Origin: Eledone cirrhosa
Lineage: Eukaryota
Direction: 5' to 3'
Assembly (NCBI GenBank): GCA_964016885.1
Contig: OZ024755.1
Location: 8,184,001 to 8,248,000, forward strand
Length of the DNA: 64,000 nucleotides
Shown here: positions 46,255-61,063 of the stretch, piece after piece
Numbering within the stretch: position 1 is the first letter of the stretch
How the letters are laid out: the number at the start of each line of letters is the position of its first letter
Made by a program: the position numbers and the translations under genes
The notes under the pieces: generated by a model
Told to the model about the DNA's origin: nothing
What the model saw: the letters and a program-made list of their open reading frames with translations, nothing else
The model's database searches: none

Positions 46255-46602
46255 GGACGCCATACTTTGACGCATAGAGTTACGGCCCTTGCCATTCTGA
46301 GTTCAAATCCCGCCGAGGTTAACTTTGCCTTTCATCCTTACGGGGTCGATAAAATAAAGTACCAGTAATGCACTGGTTAATTGCTGGCCTTGTGCCAAAA
46401 GTAGAAACTATTATAATTGTTTCTACTTTTGGCACAAGGCCAGCAATTATCCCAGGTATTACTGGTACTTTATTTTATCAACCTCAAAATGATGAAAGGC
46501 AAAGCTAACCTAGGCGGAATTTGAACTCCGAGAACAGAGAGCAGGAACGAATAGCGTAAAGCATTCTATCCGACGTTCTAACGACTCTGCCAATTTGTCG
46601 CC
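46255..46602. mobile_element. Tail-to-tail inverted pair of SINE family A
   Basis: Plus copy at 46255-46413 and minus copy at 46414-46602, meeting at agaaactattataattgtttct. Confidence 0.85.
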
Positions 46603-46625
46603 GAATTATAATGCAAATAGATTAA

Positions 46626-46847
46626 GAGCGGGGAGTTAGTAGTAATTGGTAGAGCGTTGGGCAACATGTTTTGTGGTATAGAGTCGTATAGAGTTACAGC
46701 TCTTTACATTGAGTTCAAATACCACCGAGGTTAGCTTTGCCTTTCATCCTTATGGGGTCGATGAAATAAAGTACCAGTAATACACTGGCGTCGATTTAAT
46801 CAACTCCCCCCTCCAAAATTGTTGCCCTTGTACCTGAATCAGAAAGA
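46626..46847 (+). mobile_element. SINE family A (long subtype)
   Basis: B box gagttcaaatac, family body, C-rich 3' segment. Confidence 0.8.
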
Positions 46848-46873
46848 TATTTTCAATATGATATAATATAATA

Positions 46874-46935
<62 letters not shown>

Positions 46936-47393
46936 TGGTGGGTAAAATGGCTCTTCAATTTAGAAAAGTAACCCACGTCTGGTATACACTGATTAAAGGG
47001 GGCCAAACCTTTTTGAGATATTACTTACCACTTTTATTTAATTTTGAAACTCACCCGCCCCAAACCGGCTCTCAATTTATTCTCTCAAAATTTAGGAACT
47101 AGAAAATATTACCTTCGAAACACTGTCACAAAAGGGTTTAAATGTTTGTCACATATTTCAGAATATGATGAATCTATTCAGAGAGGAACGACCACATGGT
47201 GGATAGGTCAAGGAAGTTTAATCCAAAATAAATATTCCAAATATTTATCTACTTCTAATTACTTTATCAGAAACACTGAAGTCATACACCTTCCTCAGAA
47301 TGGGTTGATAAATTAAACATCTCAATTTTAAACTTGTTAGGTTTCAGTCGACTTTGATGTTTTCGCTTCTCTTTAAAGCTTATTATTATCATT

Positions 47394-47550
47394 AGGGCGG
47401 TGGATTGGCAGCATGGAGTTACGGGCCTTTCCGATCTGAGTTCAAATCCAGCTGAGGTTAACTTTGCCTTTCATCCTTAAGAGGTCGATAAAATAAAGTA
47501 CATGCACTGGGATAATTGCTGGTCTTGTGCCAAAAGTAGAAACAATTATT
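47394..47550 (+). mobile_element. SINE family A with internal deletion
   Basis: ggcggtggattggcagcatggagttac...agaaacaattatt. Confidence 0.8.
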
Positions 47551-47887
47551 TTTATTATATTTTAACCATTATTATTATATTTTAAAATCTGCATCTTATA
47601 TATTCTATAGGGTGTAACGTAATAATAGGATACCCTCGCAGTAAAATATAGCTCACTGTTACACTTCGATCGTTAGCTGATATGTAAACGCTCTACCAAA
47701 AAGGGCATGAGTGCTTTGTGTTAGGTTGTATACGACCTTGAAATATATACAACCTCGCTGCCGTTTTATAACGGCAAGTTTGCGATTTTAAAGAGACTTC
47801 GGTACTTTTTCTTGCAGTTAGAATGTTCGGTCTTTGGGTGTTTTGTTAGAGCATATTATATCACTATGTTACACACATATACACACA

Positions 47888-47944
<57 letters not shown>

Positions 47945-47945
47945 G

Positions 47946-47979
<34 letters not shown>

Positions 47980-49049
47980 CATATTGCTTGTTTTCATGAA
48001 AAAGTTTATTGTTCTTTGCTTAAATGAAAATGGAAATCTCTTCCAATAGATTTCGACGTCTAATCGGTTGACTTCAGACAGGCGGCATTTTGAACTGTAT
48101 ATTTAATTGTTAAGCATTGAATGAATGTTGGTAGTAAAGACTCTACCTCCCCCGTTAAAGTAACCGCGATAAGAATATATTTAATCAATATTGCGGTTCG
48201 AAAAAAAAAACTGACTCAATTTACATAATCAGATAGGAAAGCAATATTTAGACATCTAGAATAAACCGAAATCTCTAAGCCTAAAGATCACTGATTTACA
48301 CATTGATAACTACATATCTTGTGTAAGGTCTCAAATCCAATTACCCTCGATATTTTTCTATTTCCAGGATGTATTATCGCTCATTATCAATAAAAGTAAT
48401 CAGCCCTCATTACTTTAGCTAATTAATATCAGTCACTGTGTAAAGAGGCTTTGTCAGTACAGTTTAGGATTTTAAACATATTTGAAATTCAAAGTTGAGT
48501 TATATACGTAGTTGTATAGAAATCTGATAAGTTGAATATCTACTTCAAATTCTGTTGTCTAATTCTTTGTAGTTACTGTAATTTTAGTCAGATAAAAATG
48601 TTGTTGCTAACGGGCATCTATTAGTACCGAAAATGAACGTTCCAGTCGTATGACCAACGGAACATCCTGCCCATAAATTTGGGTGTGAGGTTAAATCTTT
48701 TATATATATATCTCTCACACTGCACAAAATTACTATTTACCTGACAAGGGAAGAAGTTTGAAATGTTCTCTACATGGGGTTATATAACGTATAACAGAAG
48801 GGTAGATGTTACAGGACAGACAGTAATAAGTACGAATAGTAGCTCCGAACAAGTCCCATTAAGACAACGCTCCAAATAAAAACAAAATGGAGTAGTTATA
48901 TACTATATGTAGTTTCAAGCGTTACATATGAAATATATATGGCGTCGTAAGGGAACTGTAGCAACATACGTTATTTCTTGGTCAATTTATACCTGGTAAA
49001 GCCTATCTCTACTCCGGGTTTGGAAACAGGTGATTTCTTTCTCTCCTTT

Positions 49050-49107
<58 letters not shown>

Positions 49108-49134
49108 CATATACATACATATATATATATACAT

Positions 49135-49172
<38 letters not shown>

Positions 49173-49218
49173 ACATATACATACACACACATGTATATAC
49201 ACACACACACATATATAT

Positions 49219-49250
<32 letters not shown>

Positions 49251-49408
49251 TTATGCATATATACGTATATATAGGTATAATCCTGACCGCCTGTGAGGGG
49301 AGATTATACTATCTCTACACCGACTCTGCATCTCCACATACGTTGAGTACCCCCATGATTTGTAGTCTCCTCGTCTTAGCACCACATAATCTCTCTCCCC
49401 CTCTCTCC

Positions 49409-49425
49409 TTATATATATATATATG

Positions 49426-49499
<74 letters not shown>

Positions 49500-50204
49500 T
49501 ATATACATATATATATACACATATATATAAACATATATATATACACATATATATAAACATATATATATATACACATATATATATACACATATATATATAT
49601 ACACATATATATATACACATATATATACACATATATATATATACATATATATATACACATATATATATAAATATATATATACATATATATATACATATAT
49701 ATATATACATATATATATATACATATATATATATACACATATATATATACACATATATATATACACATATATATACACATATATATACACATATATATAT
49801 ACACATATATATATATACACATATATATATACACATATATATACACATATATATATATACATATATATATACACATATATATATAAATATATATATACAT
49901 ATATATATACATATATATATATACATATATATATATACATATATATATATATACACATATATATATACACATATATATATACACATATATATACACATAT
50001 ATATACACATATATATATACACATATATATACACATATATATACACACATATATATACACATATATATACACACATATATATACACACATATATATACAC
50101 ATATATATATACATATATACATGTATATACACACACATATATACATACACACACATATATATACATATATATACACACACATATATATACATATATATAC
50201 ACAC

Positions 50205-50253
<49 letters not shown>

Positions 50254-50272
50254 CATACACACACACACACAT

Positions 50273-50321
<49 letters not shown>
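49409..50321. repeat. (TA)n tract punctuated by CA/CACA
   Basis: Direct inspection. Confidence 0.95.
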
Positions 50322-50322
<1 letters not shown>

Positions 50323-51266
50323 TGACTGTATTTATATGTGTTTATATATGTGTGTAATTACATGAGAGCAAGACAAATAGAAATCTAGCTAGGTAGATAA
50401 TTACATTCCCTATCGATCCTTTATTTTGTAGCTGACATTGAGAGAACGATTAGTGTTTGAGTATCCTTGAAATGAAATCTTCATTTTGATAAATGTTGAC
50501 TGTTACTACAGGGCCTTGTTGATATTTTACTATTTCATCAATTAAATAAGTTTCTATATTGTGTATTCATGCAGAATACTATAACAATACCTTTGTTATG
50601 CTTATTAATAGAATTTTGCTGCTTCTAGCTCTCACAATATAATTATGCAAGTTCTAACTCTATGAAAAACGGTTTTATGCGTAGCAACTTAAAGGCACTC
50701 TAGCGAGTATTAGCGCACATAATTTGCTATGGATATCGACTGGCTCAAGATTTGTTCTCATCATCCTCTTTTTAAGAGAACAATGGTGAAAATATATTTA
50801 TTTTCTACAGATTATTTCCTTTGAACAACCATTAAAACCTTTTCACAATTTGAAATATACAATATAGAAATCATGCAGGAAATTAATGATTTTAAAGGAG
50901 TAGTTCTATTTCCCGCCCTAAGTATCTATCGAATTCATAGATAAGGAATATTATCTAGGTTTGTAAAATTAATTTAATGAAGCAAAGGAAAAACGGAACA
51001 AAATAAATGAAAAGCAAACGAGCCGACCCTCAGGCTGGATCAACGAAAGCATGGTTCTAATGGACCTTTCATTGCTTTGATTGGCAGCCGTGTCATCGTT
51101 TGTTTTCGGTGAGAGGAAGTGGGATTTGAACTAAAGTTGGATAGATACCGCAAAGAGATACGTCCGACGACGATTTCACAATTCCGTGAGTCCACTACAT
51201 CTATGGGCTATTTCGACCAAGAAAGGATGACATTCAAAGTTGACCTCGGTAGCATTTGAATTCATG

Positions 51267-51454
51267 TGGATTGGCAGTATCGGTAGAGGGTCAGACGCCA
51301 TGCTTTGACGCATAGAGTTACGGCCCTTGCCATTCTGAGTTCAACTCCCGCCGAGGTTAACTTTGCCTTTCATCCTTACGGAGTCGATAAAATAAAGTAC
51401 CAGTAATACACTGAGTAATTGCTGGCCTTGTGCCAAAAGTAGAAACAATTATTA
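51267..51454 (+). mobile_element. SINE family A (short subtype, near full length)
   Basis: tggattggcagtatcggtagag...gagttcaactcc...agaaacaattatta. Confidence 0.85.
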
Positions 51455-53753
51455 CAGATTATCAAATGAAAATATATCAACTCTACTACATCTGTTGCAT
51501 TAAATTGTCATTTTCTCCGTTTCAAACTGAACACAACAAAACAACCACTCTATATTGAATTTGACAGGTTCTTTATTGAAGTAAATTGGTTAAGCAAAAA
51601 TCACATGAATCCACAATAAGATAATTTACTAGAACATTTATAAATTGTTGATAATTTTTGTAAATATTTGTGTGTAATTCCAGAGAGTCTGAAACATGTT
51701 TTGTAGGTTAATTATTTAGACAAACCAAATATGTTTATAATGATTAAAATCTTGAATTATTTTCGGAGCAAAACATTTAGTGTGTTTAACTTTGAAGATA
51801 TATATCATTAGATATTTGTACCTAAACTATTGTTTACGTTCATGATAAGCGATAAATTGGTTTCTTCGCCAAATTATTCATGAATTATCTACTCACGTGT
51901 ATATCTATCTCTATATCTCTCTCTCTCTATATATATTTACTCATTCAAAAACTGTTTGATCTAGCCTACTAATTTAGACGGGGATTGTTGTCAGCGACAG
52001 TTTAGCTCAATGGCTAGGACATCGTAGCAGATACTGGCAACCATTTTCATTTATATGGGTATTTCACTCGATTTTCCAACCAACCAACTGTTTGTGGACA
52101 GTTATTTTCTGCGTCTGAGTTTGCTATAAAGTCTTCAGTACATCGAATGTTCGATACTTTGCATAGGATATATATAAGTGGATTTTTCCGTCCAGGGTTT
52201 TATGTTTCTTAATTTTTTGCTTCTTTCTTTGTTATTGTTGAACCAAATAGGCGATTCTTATTCTGGCTGTTTTGTGTATTGTTCTGTACAGTTTCTTTTG
52301 CTGCTGCTAATTATATGTTTTTTGTTAGAGGTGGGTATTAAGAATTATCGGTGAGAAATGCGCTTTGGTTATTTTGTTTAGAGAACGAGCAATGCTGGCT
52401 GCTTCACTCTATCGATGCAATGTCGAACTCTCTACTTACCAACACAATTTGCTAAAAATAGGGATTTGTTTGTATTTAAAAGCATTTTCCTTCTAAGGGA
52501 CGAATACTGAGGGTTTCATTCCTTTCAGAGTAAAAGATGTAGACCTCACTTATATAAATTTAACAGGATTTTAACAATATGTGTGTTGTAAACAAAGAAA
52601 AAACACACACTTACTGAAGCCGAAATGAATATGTGTAAAACAAACAAGAGCAATAATAATAACAATATTAACAACAACAGCAACAAAAATAAGGATAATA
52701 ATAATAAGAAGAAGAATAAAAGATAATTTTTCAAGTCATCTTTAGTGAAAGCTGGTGATACATGGCTATGAGAAGATTCAATATTTAGCAATGTGCTCTT
52801 TAAAATTTTGTTTCTTTCTATTCTAATTGATCCGAGTGAGTTCATGATTATGAGTATCAAATTTACTGCTACAGTATTTCTTGGTGTAAATATTCTTCAT
52901 ATGTTTGACAAGACTGCCATAAAAATATCTGAGTCGATCTAATTACAGCTATTTCCCAACCATTAATTATCTTCTTAATATCATCTTCGTCTCCTGGCAT
53001 TTTATATTGTTATCATTTGCCATAACATATCCAGTAGTGATACCAAATATTAATAATTTTCTCTGATTTGATTTAAAAATATTTTTTCTTAAGTCATGGG
53101 AAAATTGAACTTCGATACAAATGTTTAATTTAAAACTTGAAAAATATTTCCACATTTATTCTCTGAATATTGATTCCTCCATTTCGCATAACGGTGTAAC
53201 AGAAACATTATTAAATGATAATCTGATCGAATGTAGATCAAATATATACGTTCAATAATTAGAAAATAATAGAAAACATATAATACTGCTTGGATTATCA
53301 TATTTCTAATGAAAAACACTGCCTGTGGTCTTCGAATAATTATCTAACTTTTGAGGCATTTGATAATATTCATCTAGTATGTGTTATAGAAAATGTTCTT
53401 TCATAAAATTTTGATAAAACATTTTATATAAATATAAGCATTTTAACACCTTCATTATCATATTCAGAATGAAAGACACATTATATCAAGCATAGTTGTC
53501 TCCATAAACACAAAACAACTTTCTCCCCGTGTTGATTGACCGAGAGCCTTGTGCAACTCCAAACTGTTAGTCTCGAAAACGTACATCGATTATAGAGAGA
53601 AGAATAGATGTGCATTTTCTACACATTTTATAGTAAGGAATTGCATAACTCCTATCGACTAATCAACACATAAAAAAAGTTTTTCCTTCTGAAATTACCG
53701 TAAAACAATGGATTAATTAACTGCTAAACCTTGTCATATTTATTTCATTGTTC

Positions 53754-53802
<49 letters not shown>

Positions 53803-54349
53803 AAGTTCACGTCAAAAATATCGCAGTGCCTATTATAAATTATATAAATTGATAATTCCTCAGTTACAACGTTTTATGGGAAGACACTTCGTAAATATCA
53901 GTCTGCGTTCTTCTTCTGGATAGCAATAGTAACATTATTATCATCCTCGTCACTAGTATACTCGCGCGCGCGCACACACACACATGCAGATTTCTTGATT
54001 TGTCCGGTTTCAGACAGATCAAGTAAATCGCTATTCTAAATCTGAAGTATATCAGCTATATCTCTAGAGATAACGTGTTCGTCTTAGATACAACAAACTA
54101 CTGGCTTCTTTTGATGTTACTATTTTAAAATACAAGAGTTATAATGGTTTAAACGTAAACGGATTATTCACTGCGGTATAGAAATATGAGTCAGGTTCAC
54201 TTCAGTACAGAAGATCGAATTTACAAACAACACACAAATAATAAAAAAAAAGAACAAGAAAAAATAGCTATTGCAGCTTCAATACTCTGGAGACTTTTTA
54301 TAAATGATAGAAGCGACACACTCTCAAATGTAAAACCTCTTCAAACCAA

Positions 54350-55035
54350 AGCTAATGCAAATAGGGGAAACGTATTTTCACGGCTTCTTTACTCGATTAA
54401 TATCAGGCACCAATAAATATTTGGCTTTGGAAAGTTGTGAAGGTTGGCTAGAAAGGCTCGAAATTGAGGCAAATTTCTTGGATAAAGTAACAACTTGAGA
54501 TGAATCAGGAGTGTATGAATACAATACAGAGACAAAACGGCAAAGTGGGGAGTGACACACGAAAAATCCTCCATATCCAAAGAAAGACCGCATGAGCAGA
54601 TCCAGGCTGAAAACGATGGTTTCATTTCTTTCGACAGCTGTTGTATTGTTCACAAACAAGTCTTACTTCCAGGACAGGCACTTAATCACACCTTCTTACA
54701 AAGATGTATTGGAATGATTTCGAAAACGGCTCCAGTAAGTTCGAAAGAACATTGCAGAAGATTGAGTACTACACTACGATAGCGCACCTGCTCCCACAAC
54801 ACTGCCAATTAAAGAATCTCTGGCGAAGAAAAACATCGCCATTCTTCTACATACTCCGTAGAGGCCGGATCTAGATCTGTGTGATTTCAACCTCTTGTTC
54901 AAGTTGAAAGCGAAGTTGAAGGGTCATCAAATTGTAAACGAAGGGATAAGGACATTAACAGAAAAATGACTGGCGGTACTGCATGATCAGTGGGAAACAC
55001 ATTGGAACAACTGTGTGACTTCACAAGGATCGTAA
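54350..55035 (+). pseudogene. Decayed Tc1/mariner (mariner-type) transposase
   Basis: Manual translation gives NFLDKVTT*DESGVYEYNTETKRQSGE*, KKDRMSRSRLKTMV, FDSCCIVHKQVLLPGQALN, LHYDSAPAP and RPDLDLCDF. These match the mariner TGDETW, HDNA and YSPDLAPCD motifs, with stops and frameshifts. Confidence 0.85.
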
Positions 55036-55457
55036 TTTCAAAATAAAACATCAATACCCTAACGTTTATGACAAACCGCGAAGACTATTTCAATCAATCC
55101 ACATTTTACCAGGAAATTTTGAAATTAAAAATTAGAATTAACCAAAACATAAACATATGTGTATATATATATATATATATATATGGAGGAAATATTAGTT
55201 TACTTGAAGCATTGCGTAGTGAGGTATAAACGGTTGGAGTTAGAAGGCCAGTAAAGGTATGGATATAGAATATAAATACAAATGTCAGAATAACTTGGCA
55301 AGCTAATTAGAACACTCCGAAGAAGACATATTATCTCGACAATTAAGGATATTCAAATACATTTAAGGTAAAAGACTAATTGTCAGCAATATCTTTTGAA
55401 TTTGTATTTATATTCTATATCCATACCTGCATTGTTCTGGCCTTCTAACTCCAAACG

Positions 55458-55658
55458 TATATATATATATATTATATATATATATATATACATTATATAT
55501 ATATATATACATTATATATATATATTATATATATATATATATACATTATATATATATATATACATTATATATATATATATTATATATATATATATTATAT
55601 ATATATATATTATATATATATATATATATACATTATATATATATATATTATATATATA

Positions 55659-55701
<43 letters not shown>

Positions 55702-55760
55702 ATATAATATATATATTATATATATATATATTATATATATATATATATATTATATATATA

Positions 55761-55811
<51 letters not shown>

Positions 55812-56042
55812 ATTATATATATATATATTATATATATATATTATATATATATATATAATATATATATATTATATATATATATATTATATATATATATTAT
55901 ATATATATATATATTATATATATATATTATATATATATATTATATATATATATTATATATATATATATTATATATATATATTATATATATATATATTATA
56001 TATATATATTATATATATATATTATATATATATATTTATATA

Positions 56043-56091
<49 letters not shown>

Positions 56092-56112
56092 ATTATATAT
56101 ATATATTATATA

Positions 56113-56155
<43 letters not shown>

Positions 56156-56462
56156 ATTATATATATATATTATATATATATATTATATATATATATTATA
56201 TATATATATATTATATATATATATTATATATATATATTATATATATATATTATATATATATTATATATATATATTATATATATATTATATTATATATTAT
56301 ATATATATTATATATATATATTATATATATATATTATATATATATATTATATATATATATTATATATATATATTATATATATATATTATATATATATTAT
56401 ATATATATTATATATATATATTATATATATATTATATATATATTATATATATATATTATATA

Positions 56463-56519
<57 letters not shown>

Positions 56520-56570
56520 TATATATATATATATTATATATATATATATTATATATATATATATTATATA

Positions 56571-56629
<59 letters not shown>

Positions 56630-56669
56630 ATATTATATATATATTATATATATATATATATTATATATA

Positions 56670-56719
<50 letters not shown>

Positions 56720-56742
56720 ATATATATATTATATATATATAT

Positions 56743-56834
<92 letters not shown>
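55458..56834. repeat. (TA)nT minisatellite-like tract
   Basis: TA runs punctuated by TT every ~9-15 bp; almost no G or C. Confidence 0.95.
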
Positions 56835-56995
56835 TGAGTATATGTTGGTTGTTTACCGACACCTCAGTATGCAGATTGGAATAACAACATTCCTCAGAGG
56901 AATAACAACACAACCAGGAACTGGACATATCGATGTATTGACGGAGTAAAACACACTTCAACAACATGTGTACCTGTCTTTCCCACACCAATTCG

Positions 56996-57047
56996 GAATG
57001 CCTGAAGAGGTCGCAGCCAATGATGTCACCGAAATATATATAGCAGT
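56996..57047 (+). ncRNA. Minimal type I hammerhead ribozyme with palindromic stem III
   Basis: Reads tgc-CTGAAGA-ggt...acc-GAAA-tatata-TA-gca. Stem I tgc/gca, stem II ggt/acc, self-complementary stem III/loop, AUA triplet. Lies in a ~275 bp island between (TA)n tracts. Confidence 0.65.
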
Positions 57048-57093
57048 ATATATATAATTTATAATGAACGAAGCCAAATTTTACATATTTGAC

Positions 57094-57168
<75 letters not shown>

Positions 57169-57487
57169 CTTGTGTATATTTTTATACATATATATGTACA
57201 CTACACAAACTCTTATATATACATACTCACATGATATAACTGTAGAAATAATCTCCAGTATATATTAGTGTCTGAGAAGGAGATACGGAACAGATAAAGA
57301 CTGAGATGGAGTGACAGAAAATACCTGTGTGTAGTGTATGTGATTATTAAGCTTTAGTTTCCTCTATATACGTAATTGTGTTGTGTATAAATGTCAGGTA
57401 AATATATACACATTCTACATATACCTATATATCTACATATATTTATGTCTGTATGGCTCTTCTCTCAGTGCGCTTCTCTTTCTCTTT

Positions 57488-57810
<323 letters not shown>

Positions 57811-58542
57811 AGATAATGTGACGGAAGCTAATAGTAAGTGAATGCCTATGTCTAAGTGTTTACAACATTTCTTTAATCTGATATATATTATCTGACGTGT
57901 CTTCGTTCCTGTTTGAGATTTCTTGACTTCTAATCGACAATAATCCGCCATTCAAGTGAAAATATCTCCTGTATAGATAAATTGCAGTAATAGGTCTTCA
58001 CACCAGACGTATCTATATCGCAGAAAAGAACGTGACAGTTTTACATTTGGTGTATACCTTTTATCGATTTTAACAATTTCGCAATAATAAGGAAATGTGT
58101 GTTTCAATGAATCATCATAACAGAGCCGATTTCATCTTTCTAGAAAAAGAAAATTTGATTTAATCGGATCATAACAATGAAATAATATAGAAAGCTTAAT
58201 TGGAAATGTTAAATGAAAAAAATAACATGAATTAAACGTTATGATCTGTTATTTATATACATGAAATAGAGTGATTACTATTACTTTGAATCCTGATTTC
58301 AACTCCTATTGAGGCTACATTTATGTTTTATATTTATGGGGAAGATAAATTAATTTATCAATCAAGCACAAGGATCCAGTTGATCAACCCACCGTAATAT
58401 ATGGTCTTTGTTCCGAATGAACTATTAAAGCCCGTGTAGAGAGACGGACAAAAGACTTGCGATATTCCTATATATAAAAATGTGTGTGAGTGCTATAGTT
58501 TCCTTCCTCCGTCCCCTCCACGTAACATTGCACCATTGCAGA

Positions 58543-58727
58543 GGATTGGCAGTATCAGTAGAGGGTTGCATGCCATGCTTTGCAGCAAAGAGTTACGACC
58601 CTTTATGATCTGAGTTCAAATCCCGCCGGGGTTAACTTTGCCTTTCATTCTTACGGGGTCGATAAAATAAAGTACCACTAATACACTGGATTATTGCTGG
58701 CCTTGTGCCCAAAGTAGAAACAATTAT
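58543..58727 (+). mobile_element. SINE family A (short subtype)
   Basis: ggattggcagtatcagtagag...gagttcaaatcc...agaaacaattat. Confidence 0.85.
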
Positions 58728-59548
58728 ATATCTGTTCCACATGCCAAAAATAAACAATAACCTTAACCCACCTTACGGACATACAATGTAAACGTCAACA
58801 TAATACATCGCAAATATTCATGTGGATTTGCTAGTATCTTTGACCTTGCTCTTCCCAAGACGCATTATATTTATTCTTTAAATATATTAGTTCAGGTAGT
58901 ATATAATACAGATATTCTGAAATGCCCCAATATGAAAACATTGTTAGATATATCAAGTTAGATATATCAAACTCCACAACCTCTAAGTATTAGCGAGAAA
59001 TTTAATTAAATATAAACATTGAAAAACATGTCTGTAAGAGCAATATATTTGGGCATTTATTAATTTAATCGAGTATTTGTGAATATGAATGTACCGAGTT
59101 TTCATAACATCTTCTGACAGCAATTACATGGCATGGACGTCAAAATTGGTTTATTAAAATTCATATAAACGGATATTCTATATTTCTGGATTTTTTTAGC
59201 ATTTTCCAATTAAGTGAAATGTTTATATAATTATGTAGGAATATCGGAAAATAGTTACAATACATTGGCTGGTATTAGTAAGAGCATAAATGTATTATTA
59301 ACAAAGTATTATTATTTAAAATAATAATATTTAGACATGAGATGAGCTTGGCAACTTGTTAAAGTCGTTATAATGTTGGAGATAATGTCTAATCGTATTG
59401 TAGTTTTCCAGCTTTCTGTGCTCAGATTTTAATTCCTTCCGGGTCTATAAAATAAAGTACCAGTCAAATATTGGCATCAATTTGATTGACTTGTCTCGTC
59501 GACTAAGTTACTGGCCTCTGCCTAAATCAGACATCATTATATGAGATT

Positions 59549-59735
59549 AAGGCGGCGGATTGGCAGAATCAGTAGAGAATTGGATGCCATGCTTTTCAGC
59601 AAAGAGATACAGCCCTTTATCGTCTGAGTTCAAAGCCCGCGGAGGTTAACTTTGCCTTTCATCGTTACGGGCTCGATAAAATAAAGTACCAGTAATACAC
59701 TGGAATAATTGCTGGCCAAAAGTAGAAACAATTAT
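59549..59735 (+). mobile_element. SINE family A, immediately downstream of an older copy (~59340-59540)
   Basis: aaggcggcggattggcagaatcagtagag...agtagaaacaattat. Confidence 0.8.
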
Positions 59736-59811
59736 GTCAATTTAGGTGCCAAATAGATAAAGTCGATAGACCATTTGAGATACTGGTACAATCCATCCAA
59801 CGGGATTCCAT

Positions 59812-59958
59812 CCAGTTCTCCTTTAAACAAATTCACTCACAAGGTTCCCGTCACCCAGAGCCTATGGTTAAGGCACTTGGCCAGGATGTAACGCTTAGAG
59901 ATCGAACTCTGGACCTCGTGCATGCGAAGCGAATTCCATAACCACTTAGCTATGCCAG
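59812..59958 (-). mobile_element. Third tRNA-derived SINE family
   Basis: On minus: ggcatagctaagtggtta (A-box-like) and gagttcgatct (B-box-like). Diverged relatives at ~22830-22950, 35200-35300, 37925-38080, 39700-39840, 44130-44270 and 63330-63500. Confidence 0.6.
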
Positions 59959-60602
59959 TGTCCACAACGATATTACACAAGAACTGTATATAATTATATA
60001 CACTTGTTGTAGGTTCATACGTTGATATAGCACCAAGTAAAATATTGGTGCAGAATATACTCTGAGGTCATAGATTATATTTTCGCTCTATTAGTTACTT
60101 TCAGTTAACTAACCTAAAATGTACTAACTAACATAGAAGAGACCACGATAGATTCTATCCGGCTGGAGATAGATGTTTGGAATTGGTTATCGATTAACAT
60201 GTGCAAAAAACCAACGTAGAGAATAGTGTTATTTGCAAAGAAAAATATTGAGAAGTAAATTTATTTAGAGGCATGCCTTAAAAAACTGAGTTTATGTAAG
60301 AATAAAGTAGTTTTAGCAAAATATGTAATACTGTAGTAAACAAAGACGGGAAGAATAAAGAAACAGAATGGAGGCGAGGGGTGGGGAAATATCTAGACTG
60401 TTTTCTCGCTGACATATATCGGCTACGCCTGGTGAACAAAAGAGCGAAAGACATGCCACATTTATGAATATATATACATACACACAAAGATATACATATA
60501 CACACACATATATATATATGTATATATATATATAAATACATCGCAGGAACTGGGACAAGCAAAGGTCTGATCTGATGAGCCTCCGAGCTTGAGAGAGACT
60601 TT

Positions 60603-60695
<93 letters not shown>

Positions 60696-60835
60696 GTGAG
60701 GTTTTTTTTTTTTTTTACAAAATGAAAAATAACCGAGGTGTCCTACACGAGTGAAAGTATAAAGAAAAAGAGATGAAATCGAAAATGCAACTGAAGTCTT
60801 ATTTTTTTAAAAAATATATATATTTTTATTTGGTT

Positions 60836-60873
60836 CCTTTACCGGTTTCGCAGTTCTTCCGCTTTTCAAAAGG
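60836..60873 (-). ncRNA. Minimal type I hammerhead ribozyme, U3-A8 core variant
   Basis: Minus strand reads cctt-TTGAAAA-gcg-gaagaac-tgc-GAAAC-CG-GTA-aagg. Stem I cctt/aagg, stem II gcg/tgc, palindromic ACCGGU stem III. The C3-G8 pair is replaced by U3-A8. Confidence 0.65.
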
Positions 60874-61063
60874 TGAGTTGAGATGGAGGGTCTGTGGTTT
60901 TTCTCACATCTGGTTGGTCTCTGAATGTTACTTGTTTTATATATATATATATAAGTCTAAAGTCTCTCTCGAGCCAGTGGGATGGCGTTATCTTATGGCT
61001 AAAACAGCACGGCCTTCTGTGACCAGCGGCGCCGTTTGGTGCCCGACAGGCTGGTCGGTCAAG

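Noticed and set aside
52546-53319. Three adjacent minus-strand ORFs as a possible decayed gene
   Set aside because: No recognisable motif; the Leu-rich part comes from AAT/AAC repeats. A BLASTX search would settle it.
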